Under the pieces are notes generated by a model. It did no database searches and had not been told where the DNA came from. It saw nothing but the letters and a program-made list of their open reading frames with translations. Made by a program: the position numbers and the translations under genes. From Candidatus Doudnabacteria bacterium (GTDB taxonomy: Bacteria > Patescibacteriota > Doudnabacteria > UBA920), in the NCBI GenBank assembly GCA_963768175.1, contig CAVYGQ010000001.1, positions 100,481 to 164,480 on the forward strand: 64,000 nt of DNA, in the 5' to 3' direction. This document shows, in pieces, positions 19,329 through 27,994 of the stretch (position 1 is its first letter; each line of letters starts with the position of its first letter).

Positions 19329-19412
19329 ATCATCCCCGCGAAAGCGGGGATCTTTATTTAAGAATAAGATTCCGGATATTTTTGGTATCAATGCAAAAAT
19401 TCCGGAATGACA
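19329..19412. repeat. REP-like palindrome (TCATCCCCGCGAAAGCGGGGATC...CCGGAATGAC)
   Basis: Double hairpin between convergent genes. Confidence 0.75.
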
Positions 19413-19413
19413 T

Positions 19414-19791
19414 TTACTGTCCCAGTTCCTGAATTTGCTGGGGGGTGATTTTTTCAATTTGGCTCATATTCGCCCCGGTGCCGGCAAACAACAATTTCAT
19501 GCCAACGGCATACAGCAAAATGGATACGGCGGTTAAGGTTACGCACATCCAGGCAACATCACGCGCGTCGTCTTCGTCGCTGAAAAAATATTTCAGCGCG
19601 AACAGCAGGCCAAAAGGCGGCACTCCGATGGAAATCAAATATGCCCATTTTTTCCATTTGCCGGGGACTTTATTTTTGTCTTCATTCTGCAGCGCGTTTA
19701 ACATCAGCATCCCCACGTCCACATTGGGGTTGTCTTTGGCAACGCTTTGGTATAAATCTACTTTTTTTTCAAGATCTTTGTCCGGATCCAT
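19414..19791 (-). CDS. Hypothetical two-TM membrane protein
   Basis: 125-aa ORF, WAYLISIGVPPFGLLFALKY. Confidence 0.7.
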   Translation of the reverse strand: MDPDKDLEKKVDLYQSVAKDNPNVDVGMLMLNALQNEDKNKVPGKWKKWAYLISIGVPPFGLLFALKYFFSDEDDARDVAWMCVTLTAVSILLYAVGMKLLFAGTGANMSQIEKITPQQIQELGQ

Positions 19792-19822
19792 ATAGTTTAA
19801 TTATACCATTTTTTAATAAAAC

Positions 19823-19854
19823 TAAAAAACCGTCCTTTTGGGCAGTTTGGCTGG
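19823..19854 (-). terminator. Displaced tRNA-Gln 3' end (CCAGCCA) with intrinsic terminator; left att site of the island
   Basis: Minus strand reads CCAGCCA-AACTGCCCAAAAGGACGGTTTTTT; TGGCTGG core also at 23778 and 26229. Confidence 0.7.
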
Positions 19855-19907
19855 CCTTATTTGACTTAATCGGAGCTGAAATAGCTAGACTTATAAATAT
19901 TCCTTAA

Positions 19908-20537
19908 TTACTGGCAATTTTCATTTTTACTATGGGACACGACTTTTGCAAGGTCAGTTAAACCAATAAAAAATCCAGAATCAGATTTTTGAGAGCTAGC
20001 AATATAATTTTGGATTTCAGGATTTTTGCTCGTAATTCCAATAAAATAGGAAAATGAATCGCACAAATCTGGCTCGCTTAATAAACCCTCATCGTATGAA
20101 CTCTCAACAGTATCAAATTCTCCAAGATAATTATCAAGTTGTGCGTCTGTATACTGCCCGTGATTTTCTGTTAGTATGGGTTGCTTGCTCTCAATAGCGT
20201 CAATAATTTTTGTATTTGTATTATTGAAAAAAGCAGAATTTAAAGCGATGTTGTTCTCTGAAGCAGTTTGTTTTTTTGCATCATCAATAAGAACATAGGT
20301 CATAATAACTAGAATGACTGTAAAAGTCACTAAAGCCCAAGTAAGATACAAAAGCCTTTTTGAATATTTATCGCTACTGTTACTAAAATTTATTATATTG
20401 GTATTCAGTTCTTTTATGCCACCTCCAAGATTCCGCAATTCTATTACTGTCGTTTTCATCCTATCGTTAGTTGTTGCGGCTAAATCACGGTCTATACCGT
20501 TACCAGTTTTTATTTCTTTAAATTCATCTTCTCCCAT
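19908..20537 (-). CDS. Hypothetical membrane-anchored island cargo protein
   Basis: 209-aa AT-rich ORF with one TM. Confidence 0.65.
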   Translation of the reverse strand: MGEDEFKEIKTGNGIDRDLAATTNDRMKTTVIELRNLGGGIKELNTNIINFSNSSDKYSKRLLYLTWALVTFTVILVIMTYVLIDDAKKQTASENNIALNSAFFNNTNTKIIDAIESKQPILTENHGQYTDAQLDNYLGEFDTVESSYDEGLLSEPDLCDSFSYFIGITSKNPEIQNYIASSQKSDSGFFIGLTDLAKVVSHSKNENCQ

Positions 20538-20561
20538 AAATAAATTTAAAATTCAGGATAG

Positions 20562-21026
20562 CTATTTTTTCTTTAAAATTATCTCCGCCAAAATTTTAGA
20601 ATCCTCTTTTTTTAATTTCAGCTTTCCGTCTGGTTTTGTTTCTCCCTGATTACCCATTTGAGATTGGGAGGCAGTCCAAATACTTATCTCTGACAGACCA
20701 AATGTGCCTAGCAACGCTCCAGTTTTCACATTGACATTTTGGACTTTATCAAACGGCATTATTTTACTGCTCTTGGCTACGACGCCGCTGTTTATTGTTA
20801 TTTTGTCATCATCAAAAACAAAAGTTATAGCGTGATTTTCAATCATTAAAATAATAAAAATTGGTAGCACTAGAATAATAAAAAAGCCCCAAAAAATACC
20901 CCAAAAACTGGAATTAGGAATAAAGGAAAAAATCAGGGCAAATATCAAGGCCATTATTACCAGAGTAGTAAACTGATACCACTTTAAAATTTTAGGCAAA
21001 TGATTCAATTCATTTTTATTGAGCAT
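20562..21026 (-). CDS. Bacterial PH-domain (bPH_2/YdbS-like) membrane protein
   Basis: Two TMs, then ITINSGVV..MPFDKVQNVNVKTG..FGLSEISIWTA. Confidence 0.8.
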   Translation of the reverse strand: MLNKNELNHLPKILKWYQFTTLVIMALIFALIFSFIPNSSFWGIFWGFFIILVLPIFIILMIENHAITFVFDDDKITINSGVVAKSSKIMPFDKVQNVNVKTGALLGTFGLSEISIWTASQSQMGNQGETKPDGKLKLKKEDSKILAEIILKKK

Positions 21027-21085
21027 TAGTTTGTGGACTTAATTTTAATTACAAATTCCGCTTATATTACACACCTTTTAAAAAT

Positions 21086-21652
21086 TTATGCGAACTGTTG
21101 CAACTGTCCTAAAATGGCCTGTTCCAGCTGAACAGTATCATAATGGCGTTGAGGCTTGATGTGTAAAATATTTAACTCTGAGGCTCTCAAAGCCCCGTCT
21201 AAAAAATCATCTCTTAATTTTCTATTGAAATAATTATGGGTATAATCATCCAGTTCAATAACCAAAAGTGGCGACAAATAAACTTTGTCAAAGATTACAA
21301 AATCTACTGTCTTTTTGTTTATCCTGTTAAAGTTGCTGTAAGTGGAATTTGTGCCGTATCTTTCCAGTCCGCCTTGGACTTCAATGATTCGGGATAAGGC
21401 AACCTGTGGCATAATAAAATACCTGTCCTTGATTATTTCCTGTAGCACTCCGAAAAACTTGTATTCGGTTTGGGTCATCAGGTATCGCTTTTTTCTGAAT
21501 GGATAAATTTTATCGTCTTTTTTTACTTCCTGAATTTTTGTATTGCCAGCATTACTAGGCGGTAAAGGTATCTCGGAATAATTTTGCTTTGAGCTTTTTA
21601 TGATGTAACTGGCAAGAATGATTATGATTATTAAACCAAATAAAAAATCCAT
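21086..21652 (-). CDS. DUF2726 family protein (restriction-endonuclease-like fold) with N-terminal TM
   Basis: LMTQTEYKFF, PQVALSRII, KTVDFVIFD, VIELDDYTH, RDDFLD. Confidence 0.85.
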   Translation of the reverse strand: MDFLFGLIIIIILASYIIKSSKQNYSEIPLPPSNAGNTKIQEVKKDDKIYPFRKKRYLMTQTEYKFFGVLQEIIKDRYFIMPQVALSRIIEVQGGLERYGTNSTYSNFNRINKKTVDFVIFDKVYLSPLLVIELDDYTHNYFNRKLRDDFLDGALRASELNILHIKPQRHYDTVQLEQAILGQLQQFA

Positions 21653-22018
21653 AAATTTGCTTTTAGAAACACAAAGCCCCGGTCCAGCCGGGCTTTTACA
21701 CCCCATACCCCTTTCGGGATATGACCATAAGACAGTAGCTGAACGCGGGGTTCAGTATGTCTTATGGTTTTACAGCCGTGCCTGATTAAAGGTTTAGGCC
21801 ATTCAGTTGTGATTAAATTATACCAAACTTGACAACAATTTTAAAGGGGTGTATGGTGGAGTTAGTTCATTAAAAAGTTAATAATTAAACGTAAGTTTTA
21901 TTTCTCCTCCCTCGGAGTAAGACAGGGGCTATGCCGTTTTGAACACAAAAACGGTGTGGCGTTTTGACCGCTTGTCTCAGCCATTAGAGGCCTTACAAAA
22001 GTGTTTGTGGGGTTTAAT

Positions 22019-22207
22019 ATGTCTGGGTTCAGTAATGAGCTAAAACAGCGTTTAATTGATTATTTTCAAACGAAATACGGACAAAAACTAACCTCAGAAC
22101 AAGCTGAGGCTTTTTTATTGTCCCTTGCGAATCTGTATTCGCTGGTGGTAGAGCGGCGGGCGGGCCCGCAGGGCCAGCCCGACCGCCGCTCTACCTGTAT
22201 TACTTGA
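22019..22207 (+). CDS. Small hypothetical protein upstream of the recombinase (possible excision/regulatory factor)
   Basis: MSGFSNELKQRLIDYFQTKYGQKLTSEQAEAFLLSLANLY; ttgaca-17-tatggt promoter at 21829. Confidence 0.55.
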   Translation: MSGFSNELKQRLIDYFQTKYGQKLTSEQAEAFLLSLANLYSLVVERRAGPQGQPDRRSTCIT

Positions 22208-22322
22208 ATTAAGCTACACATAAGGGGATTTAATAATTACATAATTAATTTTAAGTTCTGTCAAAATAATTTGTATTTTTCTTTTGGTTAGATATATAAT
22301 CAAGCTAATTAAAAAATCAAAT

Positions 22323-23792
22323 ATGAAATATATAATCTACACCCGTAAATCATCCGAGGCCTCTGACCGCCAAGTCCTGTCCATTGAATCGCAGGAAAAT
22401 GAGTTATTGGCTTTGGCTGATAGGAATGGGGCTAAGGTTGGTAAAATATTCCGTGAGAGTATGTCAGCCAAACAGCCAGGCCGTCCTGAATTTGAAAAAT
22501 TAATAAAACTGATTGAACAAAATCCCTGCTCTGTGCTATTCGTCTGGAAACTTGACCGCCTCGCTCGTAACCCCGTTGATGAGGGTAAAATTAAGTGGCT
22601 CCTGCAAAACAAGACCATAGCCCAAATTATTACGCCTGACAGAATTTATAATCCCAATGACAATGCCTTAATCGCTTCTGTGGAATTTGGAATGGCTAAT
22701 CAGTATATTCGTGATTTATCGTCCAATGTAAAACGAGGCAATAGGACTAAACTTCAAAAAGGTGAAATGCCTGGTGCGGCTCCTATCGGCTACTTGGATA
22801 ATCCCTTAACCAAATTAAAAACTATTGACGCTCTAAAAGCTCCACTGATAAAACAAGCATTTGAACTTTATGCGACTGGGGCATACAGCTTAAAAACAGT
22901 TGGTAAAATGATTGAGACTTCAGGCCTTAGAAGTAAACTCGGCAATCCTCTAAAAAAAGCCATACTGCACCATATGTTTACAAATCCTTTTTACTACGGA
23001 GCCATTAGGCATAATGGAGAAATATATCAAGGAGTTCACGAGCCAATTATTTCCAAAACATTATTTGATACAGTGCAATATGTCTTAAGCGGTAAAACCC
23101 GCCCTAAAAAACAAAAACACTTCTTCCCTGTTAGAGGCTATATGCTCTGTCATTCCTGCGGCTGTCTGCTTACTGCCACAACTAAAAAAGGCCATTCATA
23201 TTATTATTGCACTAATGGCAAAGGCAACTGCCAACAACACAAAAAATATTTAAGAGATAAAGCCGTGGACAAACTCGTGGCTAAAACCTTAAACGAAATT
23301 AAATTTGATACCTCAATGATTGAAATGGCTTATCTCGCTTACAAGGAAAAAATCCTAAATGGCAACGATAATTCTCAAACTAGAAAATCTGAACTCTCCT
23401 TACAGCTCAAATCTGAACAGGACAAGCTCTCTAATCTCGCCAAGGTTATTTCCTCTAAGCCGACACTCGCTAACTCCCTAGAGGCTGAAATTTTATCTCT
23501 AGAGGTAAAGATTAAATCCATTGAGCAACAGATTAAGCAAACTGACAAACAGACCCTCCAGGAGCAATTATTTACTTTGGAACAAACAAAAAAGGCCTTT
23601 TTACAGGCCAGTTCCGCATCTTTTGACTATTTGGATAGCGATGATTACCAAAAATTTGAACTGCTAAAAAATTTACTTTGGAACCTCAAGGTAGAAAATC
23701 AGAAAGTCCAACAATATCAGTTCAAAAGTTATTATCAACTTATGGCTGAAAGCCCTAAAAACCTTCAAATTTCTGGTTGGCTGGGGTGGTAG
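22323..23792 (+). CDS. Large serine recombinase (integrase)
   Basis: YTRKS catalytic Ser, GRPEF, WKLDRLARN, recombinase domain, zinc ribbon (CHSCG, YYYC), coiled coil; 3' end overlaps the att site. Confidence 0.95.
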   Translation: MKYIIYTRKSSEASDRQVLSIESQENELLALADRNGAKVGKIFRESMSAKQPGRPEFEKLIKLIEQNPCSVLFVWKLDRLARNPVDEGKIKWLLQNKTIAQIITPDRIYNPNDNALIASVEFGMANQYIRDLSSNVKRGNRTKLQKGEMPGAAPIGYLDNPLTKLKTIDALKAPLIKQAFELYATGAYSLKTVGKMIETSGLRSKLGNPLKKAILHHMFTNPFYYGAIRHNGEIYQGVHEPIISKTLFDTVQYVLSGKTRPKKQKHFFPVRGYMLCHSCGCLLTATTKKGHSYYYCTNGKGNCQQHKKYLRDKAVDKLVAKTLNEIKFDTSMIEMAYLAYKEKILNGNDNSQTRKSELSLQLKSEQDKLSNLAKVISSKPTLANSLEAEILSLEVKIKSIEQQIKQTDKQTLQEQLFTLEQTKKAFLQASSASFDYLDSDDYQKFELLKNLLWNLKVENQKVQQYQFKSYYQLMAESPKNLQISGWLGW

Positions 23793-23803
23793 GATTCGAA
23801 CCT
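23778..23803 (-). repeat. 26-bp copy of the tRNA-Gln 3' end (att site)
   Basis: tggctggggtggtaggattcgaacct vs tRNA tggctggggtggcaggattcgaacct (1 mismatch). Confidence 0.85.
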
Positions 23804-23931
23804 TATTAGGTCTAGAACCAAACCCTTTTAATTATGGCCATAAATGTCCTTTAATATAAGTTGGGGCAATTTAGTTTCCAAAAGTATAAAGTGCTATACT
23901 ATAATTAAATAGATTATTATAGTATATAACT

Positions 23932-24639
23932 ATGGGGAAATATCCAAAAATTAAATTTATTATTGATTTTAAAGAAGACAAAAAAAATGCGCTGAGATTT
24001 TTAGGAGATACTAATGAATGGAAAAAGGAGCGTTTTTTTCCGTCTGAGTTACAATATGTTCTACAGAATAAATTAGCACAGAAAGAAAAACAAAGGATTG
24101 TTAATAACTTTGTTAAACAGTATTTTTTAAAAAATGAGTTTGAAATTAAAATTGGGGTAAGAGCAATTGCAAATGAATGGATGTCGATTGGAAGGTATTT
24201 TTTTGATCTAGTTGACAAGCTATTTTACGACCACCCTTGGCCAAAAGGAAACTACGTGGGATATGCAAGTATTTTTAATATGTTTCCTAGAGATATTGAG
24301 AAAAAAACCTTTTCATTTCCATATCGGAAGGAAGATGTCAGTTGGGCAATAAAAGTGATAGCCCATGAAATGTTACACTTTATTTTTTTTGACTATTTAA
24401 ATAAAGTGTATAGGTATACTCAAAATACCCAAATAAAAAATAAAAATTCAAACTTCATTTGGCAATTATCAGAGGCTCTAAACAATATAATAGAAAATTC
24501 GCGATCATACCGTAAGGTCATACCAATAAAAAAATTGAGCAAGCCATATCCAGGAAACGAAAAAATTTATAAAAAACTACTGGCCCAATGGAATAAAAAA
24601 AACGATATAAAAAAGTTATTGGATAGCGCTTTAGGGTAA
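23932..24639 (+). CDS. Hypothetical protein with HEXXH motif (zincin-like)
   Basis: VIAHEMLHFIFF ... LSEAL; very AT-rich. Confidence 0.65.
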   Translation: MGKYPKIKFIIDFKEDKKNALRFLGDTNEWKKERFFPSELQYVLQNKLAQKEKQRIVNNFVKQYFLKNEFEIKIGVRAIANEWMSIGRYFFDLVDKLFYDHPWPKGNYVGYASIFNMFPRDIEKKTFSFPYRKEDVSWAIKVIAHEMLHFIFFDYLNKVYRYTQNTQIKNKNSNFIWQLSEALNNIIENSRSYRKVIPIKKLSKPYPGNEKIYKKLLAQWNKKNDIKKLLDSALG

Positions 24640-24796
24640 ATAAAACGGAGCCCCAATCTTGGAAGAGAGGGGCTCCGCTACGATAGCGGCAGGAACGAGT
24701 CCTTGCCTAGGCGCAGTCGTAACCGCTGTTGACAGGTACCCCAAATTCTAGACACTTAGTCTGAGGTATAATAAGGCTAGAAAGGAATCTAACTTT

Positions 24797-25063
24797 ATGC
24801 CCAAAGGCAAATACAAAGTCAGTCCGGAAGTTAAAACTCAAATTCTAAAACGAATTAAGGAAGAAGGTGTCAGCGTCACCCAGGCGGCCGAGGAGCACGG
24901 CCTGTCCACCCAAACCATTTACGGCTGGATAGCCAAAGGGGTTACAGCTCCGCCGTCCGTGCTTGAACTCTCCCGCCTGAAGCGGGAAAATCAAACCCTC
25001 CACGAGATTATCGGCCGGCTGACAGTCAAACTGTCATTGGCGGAAAAAAAGGACATTGGTTGA
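24797..25063 (+). CDS. IS3 transposase OrfA (HTH)
   Basis: SVTQAAEEHGLSTQTIYGW HTH, ELSRLKREN leucine zipper. Confidence 0.9.
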   Translation: MPKGKYKVSPEVKTQILKRIKEEGVSVTQAAEEHGLSTQTIYGWIAKGVTAPPSVLELSRLKRENQTLHEIIGRLTVKLSLAEKKDIG

Positions 25064-25895
25064 AGACCTGTCCGCCGCTATGCACCTTGAAAATCCGACT
25101 AAGACCGAGTTGGCCAGGAGCTTGGGAGTCAGCAGAGCCAGTCTGTATTACGAACCTACCCTGCCGCAAAAAGACTGGCTCCTTAAAATCCGCATTGAAC
25201 AAACCCTGCATGACCACCCCAGCTACGGCCACAAACGGCTGGCTCCGGCGCTACATGTTAACAAGAAAAGAATCCGGCGCACCATGAGGCTGTTTGGTAT
25301 TAAGCCTTACCGCAGGACAGGCAGAAAGCTAAGAAAAGCAAGGGATTTGGGACAAATTTCCGCTCCTTACCAAAACTGGCTGATGCTGATTCCGTTTCCA
25401 GAAGAGCCGGGAATTGTCTGGGTCAGTGACTTTACCTACATATCATTCCACGGCCGGTTTGTTTACCTGGCGACGATAATAGATTTATTCACCAGGGAGG
25501 TTGTCGGCTGGTCAGTCTGGACCGCGCATAGCAGCCAGCTAGTTCTACTGGCTTTAATTGACGCACTGGAAAAACATCCGGCGGCCAAATATCTCCATTC
25601 CGACCAGGGGCAAGAATACAAATCCCGAACCTACTGTAGGCTGGCCGAACAGGCCGGTATTACAATTTCCATGAGCCACAAATCATCACCGTGGGAGAAC
25701 GGCTACCAAGAATCCTTTTATGGCAAGCTCAAGACTGACTTAGGTGATCCGGGGAGGTTTAAGACCTTGGGAGAGCTAACGGCCGAAATTTACCTCCTCA
25801 TCTACAGCTACAACCACGACAGAATCCATACATCATTAAAAATGCCGCCGTCAGCATTTGCCGACCGGCAGCGGAATCAAGTATCATTAACTTAA
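25056..25895 (+). CDS. IS3 transposase OrfB (DDE integrase core)
   Basis: WVSDFTY, YLATIIDLFTREVVGW, HSDQGQEY, ENGYQESF, YNHDRIH. Confidence 0.92.
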   Translation: MVEDLSAAMHLENPTKTELARSLGVSRASLYYEPTLPQKDWLLKIRIEQTLHDHPSYGHKRLAPALHVNKKRIRRTMRLFGIKPYRRTGRKLRKARDLGQISAPYQNWLMLIPFPEEPGIVWVSDFTYISFHGRFVYLATIIDLFTREVVGWSVWTAHSSQLVLLALIDALEKHPAAKYLHSDQGQEYKSRTYCRLAEQAGITISMSHKSSPWENGYQESFYGKLKTDLGDPGRFKTLGELTAEIYLLIYSYNHDRIHTSLKMPPSAFADRQRNQVSLT

Positions 25896-26141
25896 CCTTA
25901 AAAAACCGCAGAGAAGGTGCCTAAAGAAATGGGTACCTTACAGGGGAAATTTCTTTCAGCTCTGTATAAAATTTAGCTATTAAAAGACAAAAAAGTGTAC
26001 CTGGAATGAAGTAGGACTTCGAACCAAGATAAACAATAGTTTAGACAAAAATAAGAGCATGGACTAAAATTCATGCTCTTATTTTCTATAAGTTCTTGTC
26101 CTTTAACTTAGGGTTGGTAGGTCTGTAGGAACCAAAATTTC

Positions 26142-26205
26142 TGGCTGCCCGGGTTGGATTCGGACCAACGCATGGAGGCTCCAAAGGCCCCCTTGCCCCG
26201 CACCA
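26142..26205 (-). pseudogene. Truncated tRNA-Gln(UUG)-like sequence
   Basis: Minus strand has anticodon arm GGGGC-CTTTGGA-GCCTC, T arm GTTGG-TCCGAAT-CCAAC and a GCCA end; no D arm or matching 5' acceptor strand. Confidence 0.65.
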
Positions 26206-26228
26206 ATTTTTAACAAATTTATTCTCTT

Positions 26229-26303
26229 TGGCTGGGGTGGCAGGATTCGAACCTGCGAATGGCGCCTCCAAAGGGCGCTGCCTTACCACTTGGCGACACC
26301 CCA
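26229..26303 (-). tRNA. tRNA-Gln(UUG)
   Basis: TGGGGTGTCGCCAAGTGGTAAGGCAGCGCC-CTTTGGA-GGCGCCATTCGCAGGTTCGAATCCTGCCACCCCAGCCA cloverleaf. Confidence 0.96.
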
Positions 26304-26439
26304 AAATAAGACAACTAAGGTATATTATAAAATAAATTCGGGAAAAAAGAAAGCCCAACCTTGAGTATGGGGAGCTTGCGGAATTTGCGTTTGACAGCCA
26401 AAATGTGCTATAATTTCTTTAGGATTAATCCCTAAATTT

Positions 26440-26700
26440 ATGTCCAATGTAACCCTTGAGGGCATTGCCGCCCTTCTTAAGGTAGAGCTCGATCCAATCA
26501 GAGAAACCCTCGTTGAGCATACTAAAATTTTAACTGAGCATACTAAAATTCTTTCTATGCACACGGCGGCCCTTGACCAATTGCTCACAGAAAAAAAGAA
26601 CAGAGACGACAACAAAACGGTTGGTGATGGCCGCCTTGATTACCTCGAAAAATGGGCAAAGCAAGTCAGCCAGAAATTTGGAATTGAGTTTAAACCATAG
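26440..26700 (+). CDS. Small coiled-coil hypothetical protein with tandem EHTKIL heptads
   Basis: 21-bp tandem duplication; ttgaca...tataat upstream. Confidence 0.65.
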   Translation: MSNVTLEGIAALLKVELDPIRETLVEHTKILTEHTKILSMHTAALDQLLTEKKNRDDNKTVGDGRLDYLEKWAKQVSQKFGIEFKP

Positions 26701-26784
26701 GCCGTCCAATATTTTTACAATCCGCCAACCGGCGGATTTAATTTTGCCATTTTTGCTTTGGGTTGGTAAGATTAAGGTAGGTAT

Positions 26785-27909
26785 ATGCCAAAACATCAAA
26801 AGGAAAAGGAAATAATTACCAATTTACTGGCGTTTGCCGATATAGTGCCGGGAGGCAGCCGGCCGTGGGATATTGCTGTGCATAATGACGCTTTATATGG
26901 CCGGGTGCTAAGCCAAGGCAGTCTTGGTTTGGGCGAAAGTTATATGGAAGGCTGGTGGGATTGCCCGGAGCTTGACCAGTTTTTTCACAAGCTGATGGCC
27001 GCGGATTTGAACCACAAAATCAAATATACTTTCAGCCTGGCTGCGCATTATTTAAAAAACCGTTTTTTTAACCTGCAAAAGAAAAAGTCCGCCTTTGAAC
27101 TTAAACATTATGACATCGGCAACAAATTGTTTTCCAAAATGCTGGATAAGCGCATGACCTATACTTGCGGCTATTGGGACAAGGCGGCGGATTTGGACGC
27201 GGCGCAGGAAGCGAAATTGGAATTGGTCTGCCGCAAAGTGGGGCTAAAACCGGGAATGAAAGTTTTGGACATCGGCTGCGGCTGGGGCAGTTTTATGAAA
27301 TACGCCGCGCAACATTACGGCGTCAGCTGTGTGGGCATTACCATTTCCCAGGCCCAGGTGGATTTGGGTCGGCAAATGTGCCAAGGATTGCCCGTTGAAT
27401 TTTATTTGCAGGATTATCGCGACCTAAAAGGGCGATACGACGCCGTAGTTTCTTTGGGTATGTTTGAGCACGTGGGCTATAAAAATTACCGGACATACAT
27501 GGAAATAGCCCGTGGCTGTTTAAAGGAAGGAGGCCTGTTTTTGCTCCATACTATTGGCAGTAACACTTCTGACCCGGCCGATACCTCCGACCCCTGGATT
27601 AGAAAATACATATTCACCAAAGGCGCTTTGCCTTCGGTTAAACAAATCGCCAAAGCCGCGGAAAATTTATTTATTCTGGAAGACTGGCACAGCTTCGGCG
27701 CGGATTACGACAAAACCTTAATGGCCTGGTTTAATAATTTCCAGTCAGCCTGGTTGGAGCTGAAACAAAGCTACGGCGATATTTTTTTCCGGATGTGGAA
27801 ATATTATTTGCTGTCTTGCGCCGGAGCTTTCCGCAGCCGCTCTATCCAGTTATGGCAAATCGTGTTTTCCAAAACCGGCATGCCGGGAGGGTATAAATCT
27901 ATTCGGTGA
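26785..27909 (+). CDS. cfa: Cyclopropane-fatty-acyl-phospholipid synthase
   Basis: LGLGESYMEGWW, HYDIGN, MTYTCGYW, LDIGCGWG, SLGMFEHVG, WIRKYIF. Confidence 0.95.
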   Translation: MPKHQKEKEIITNLLAFADIVPGGSRPWDIAVHNDALYGRVLSQGSLGLGESYMEGWWDCPELDQFFHKLMAADLNHKIKYTFSLAAHYLKNRFFNLQKKKSAFELKHYDIGNKLFSKMLDKRMTYTCGYWDKAADLDAAQEAKLELVCRKVGLKPGMKVLDIGCGWGSFMKYAAQHYGVSCVGITISQAQVDLGRQMCQGLPVEFYLQDYRDLKGRYDAVVSLGMFEHVGYKNYRTYMEIARGCLKEGGLFLLHTIGSNTSDPADTSDPWIRKYIFTKGALPSVKQIAKAAENLFILEDWHSFGADYDKTLMAWFNNFQSAWLELKQSYGDIFFRMWKYYLLSCAGAFRSRSIQLWQIVFSKTGMPGGYKSIR

Positions 27910-27994
27910 TTGTTAATTAACGTTGAGATGGGCACCTTCTCGTAGCGAGAAGGTGCCCATATTTTAAGTATAAAAGATGTTATAATTAAGCTGT

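Larger units (their letters stand above)
19855..23784. mobile_element. Serine-recombinase genomic island integrated at the tRNA-Gln 3' end
   Basis: Low-GC segment with a large serine recombinase, bounded by TGGCTGG direct repeats (19848-19854, 23778-23784). Confidence 0.75.
24730..25942 (+). mobile_element. IS3-family insertion sequence
   Basis: TG...CA ends with imperfect TIRs tgacaggtaccccaaattctagacac / gtgcctaaagaaatgggtaccttaca; orfA+orfB; no clear target duplication. Confidence 0.9.

Noticed and set aside
19641-19907. 88-aa plus-strand ORF
   Set aside because: Mostly antisense to 19414-19791 and spans the att site; only its last 19 codons matter, as the alternative recombinase tail.
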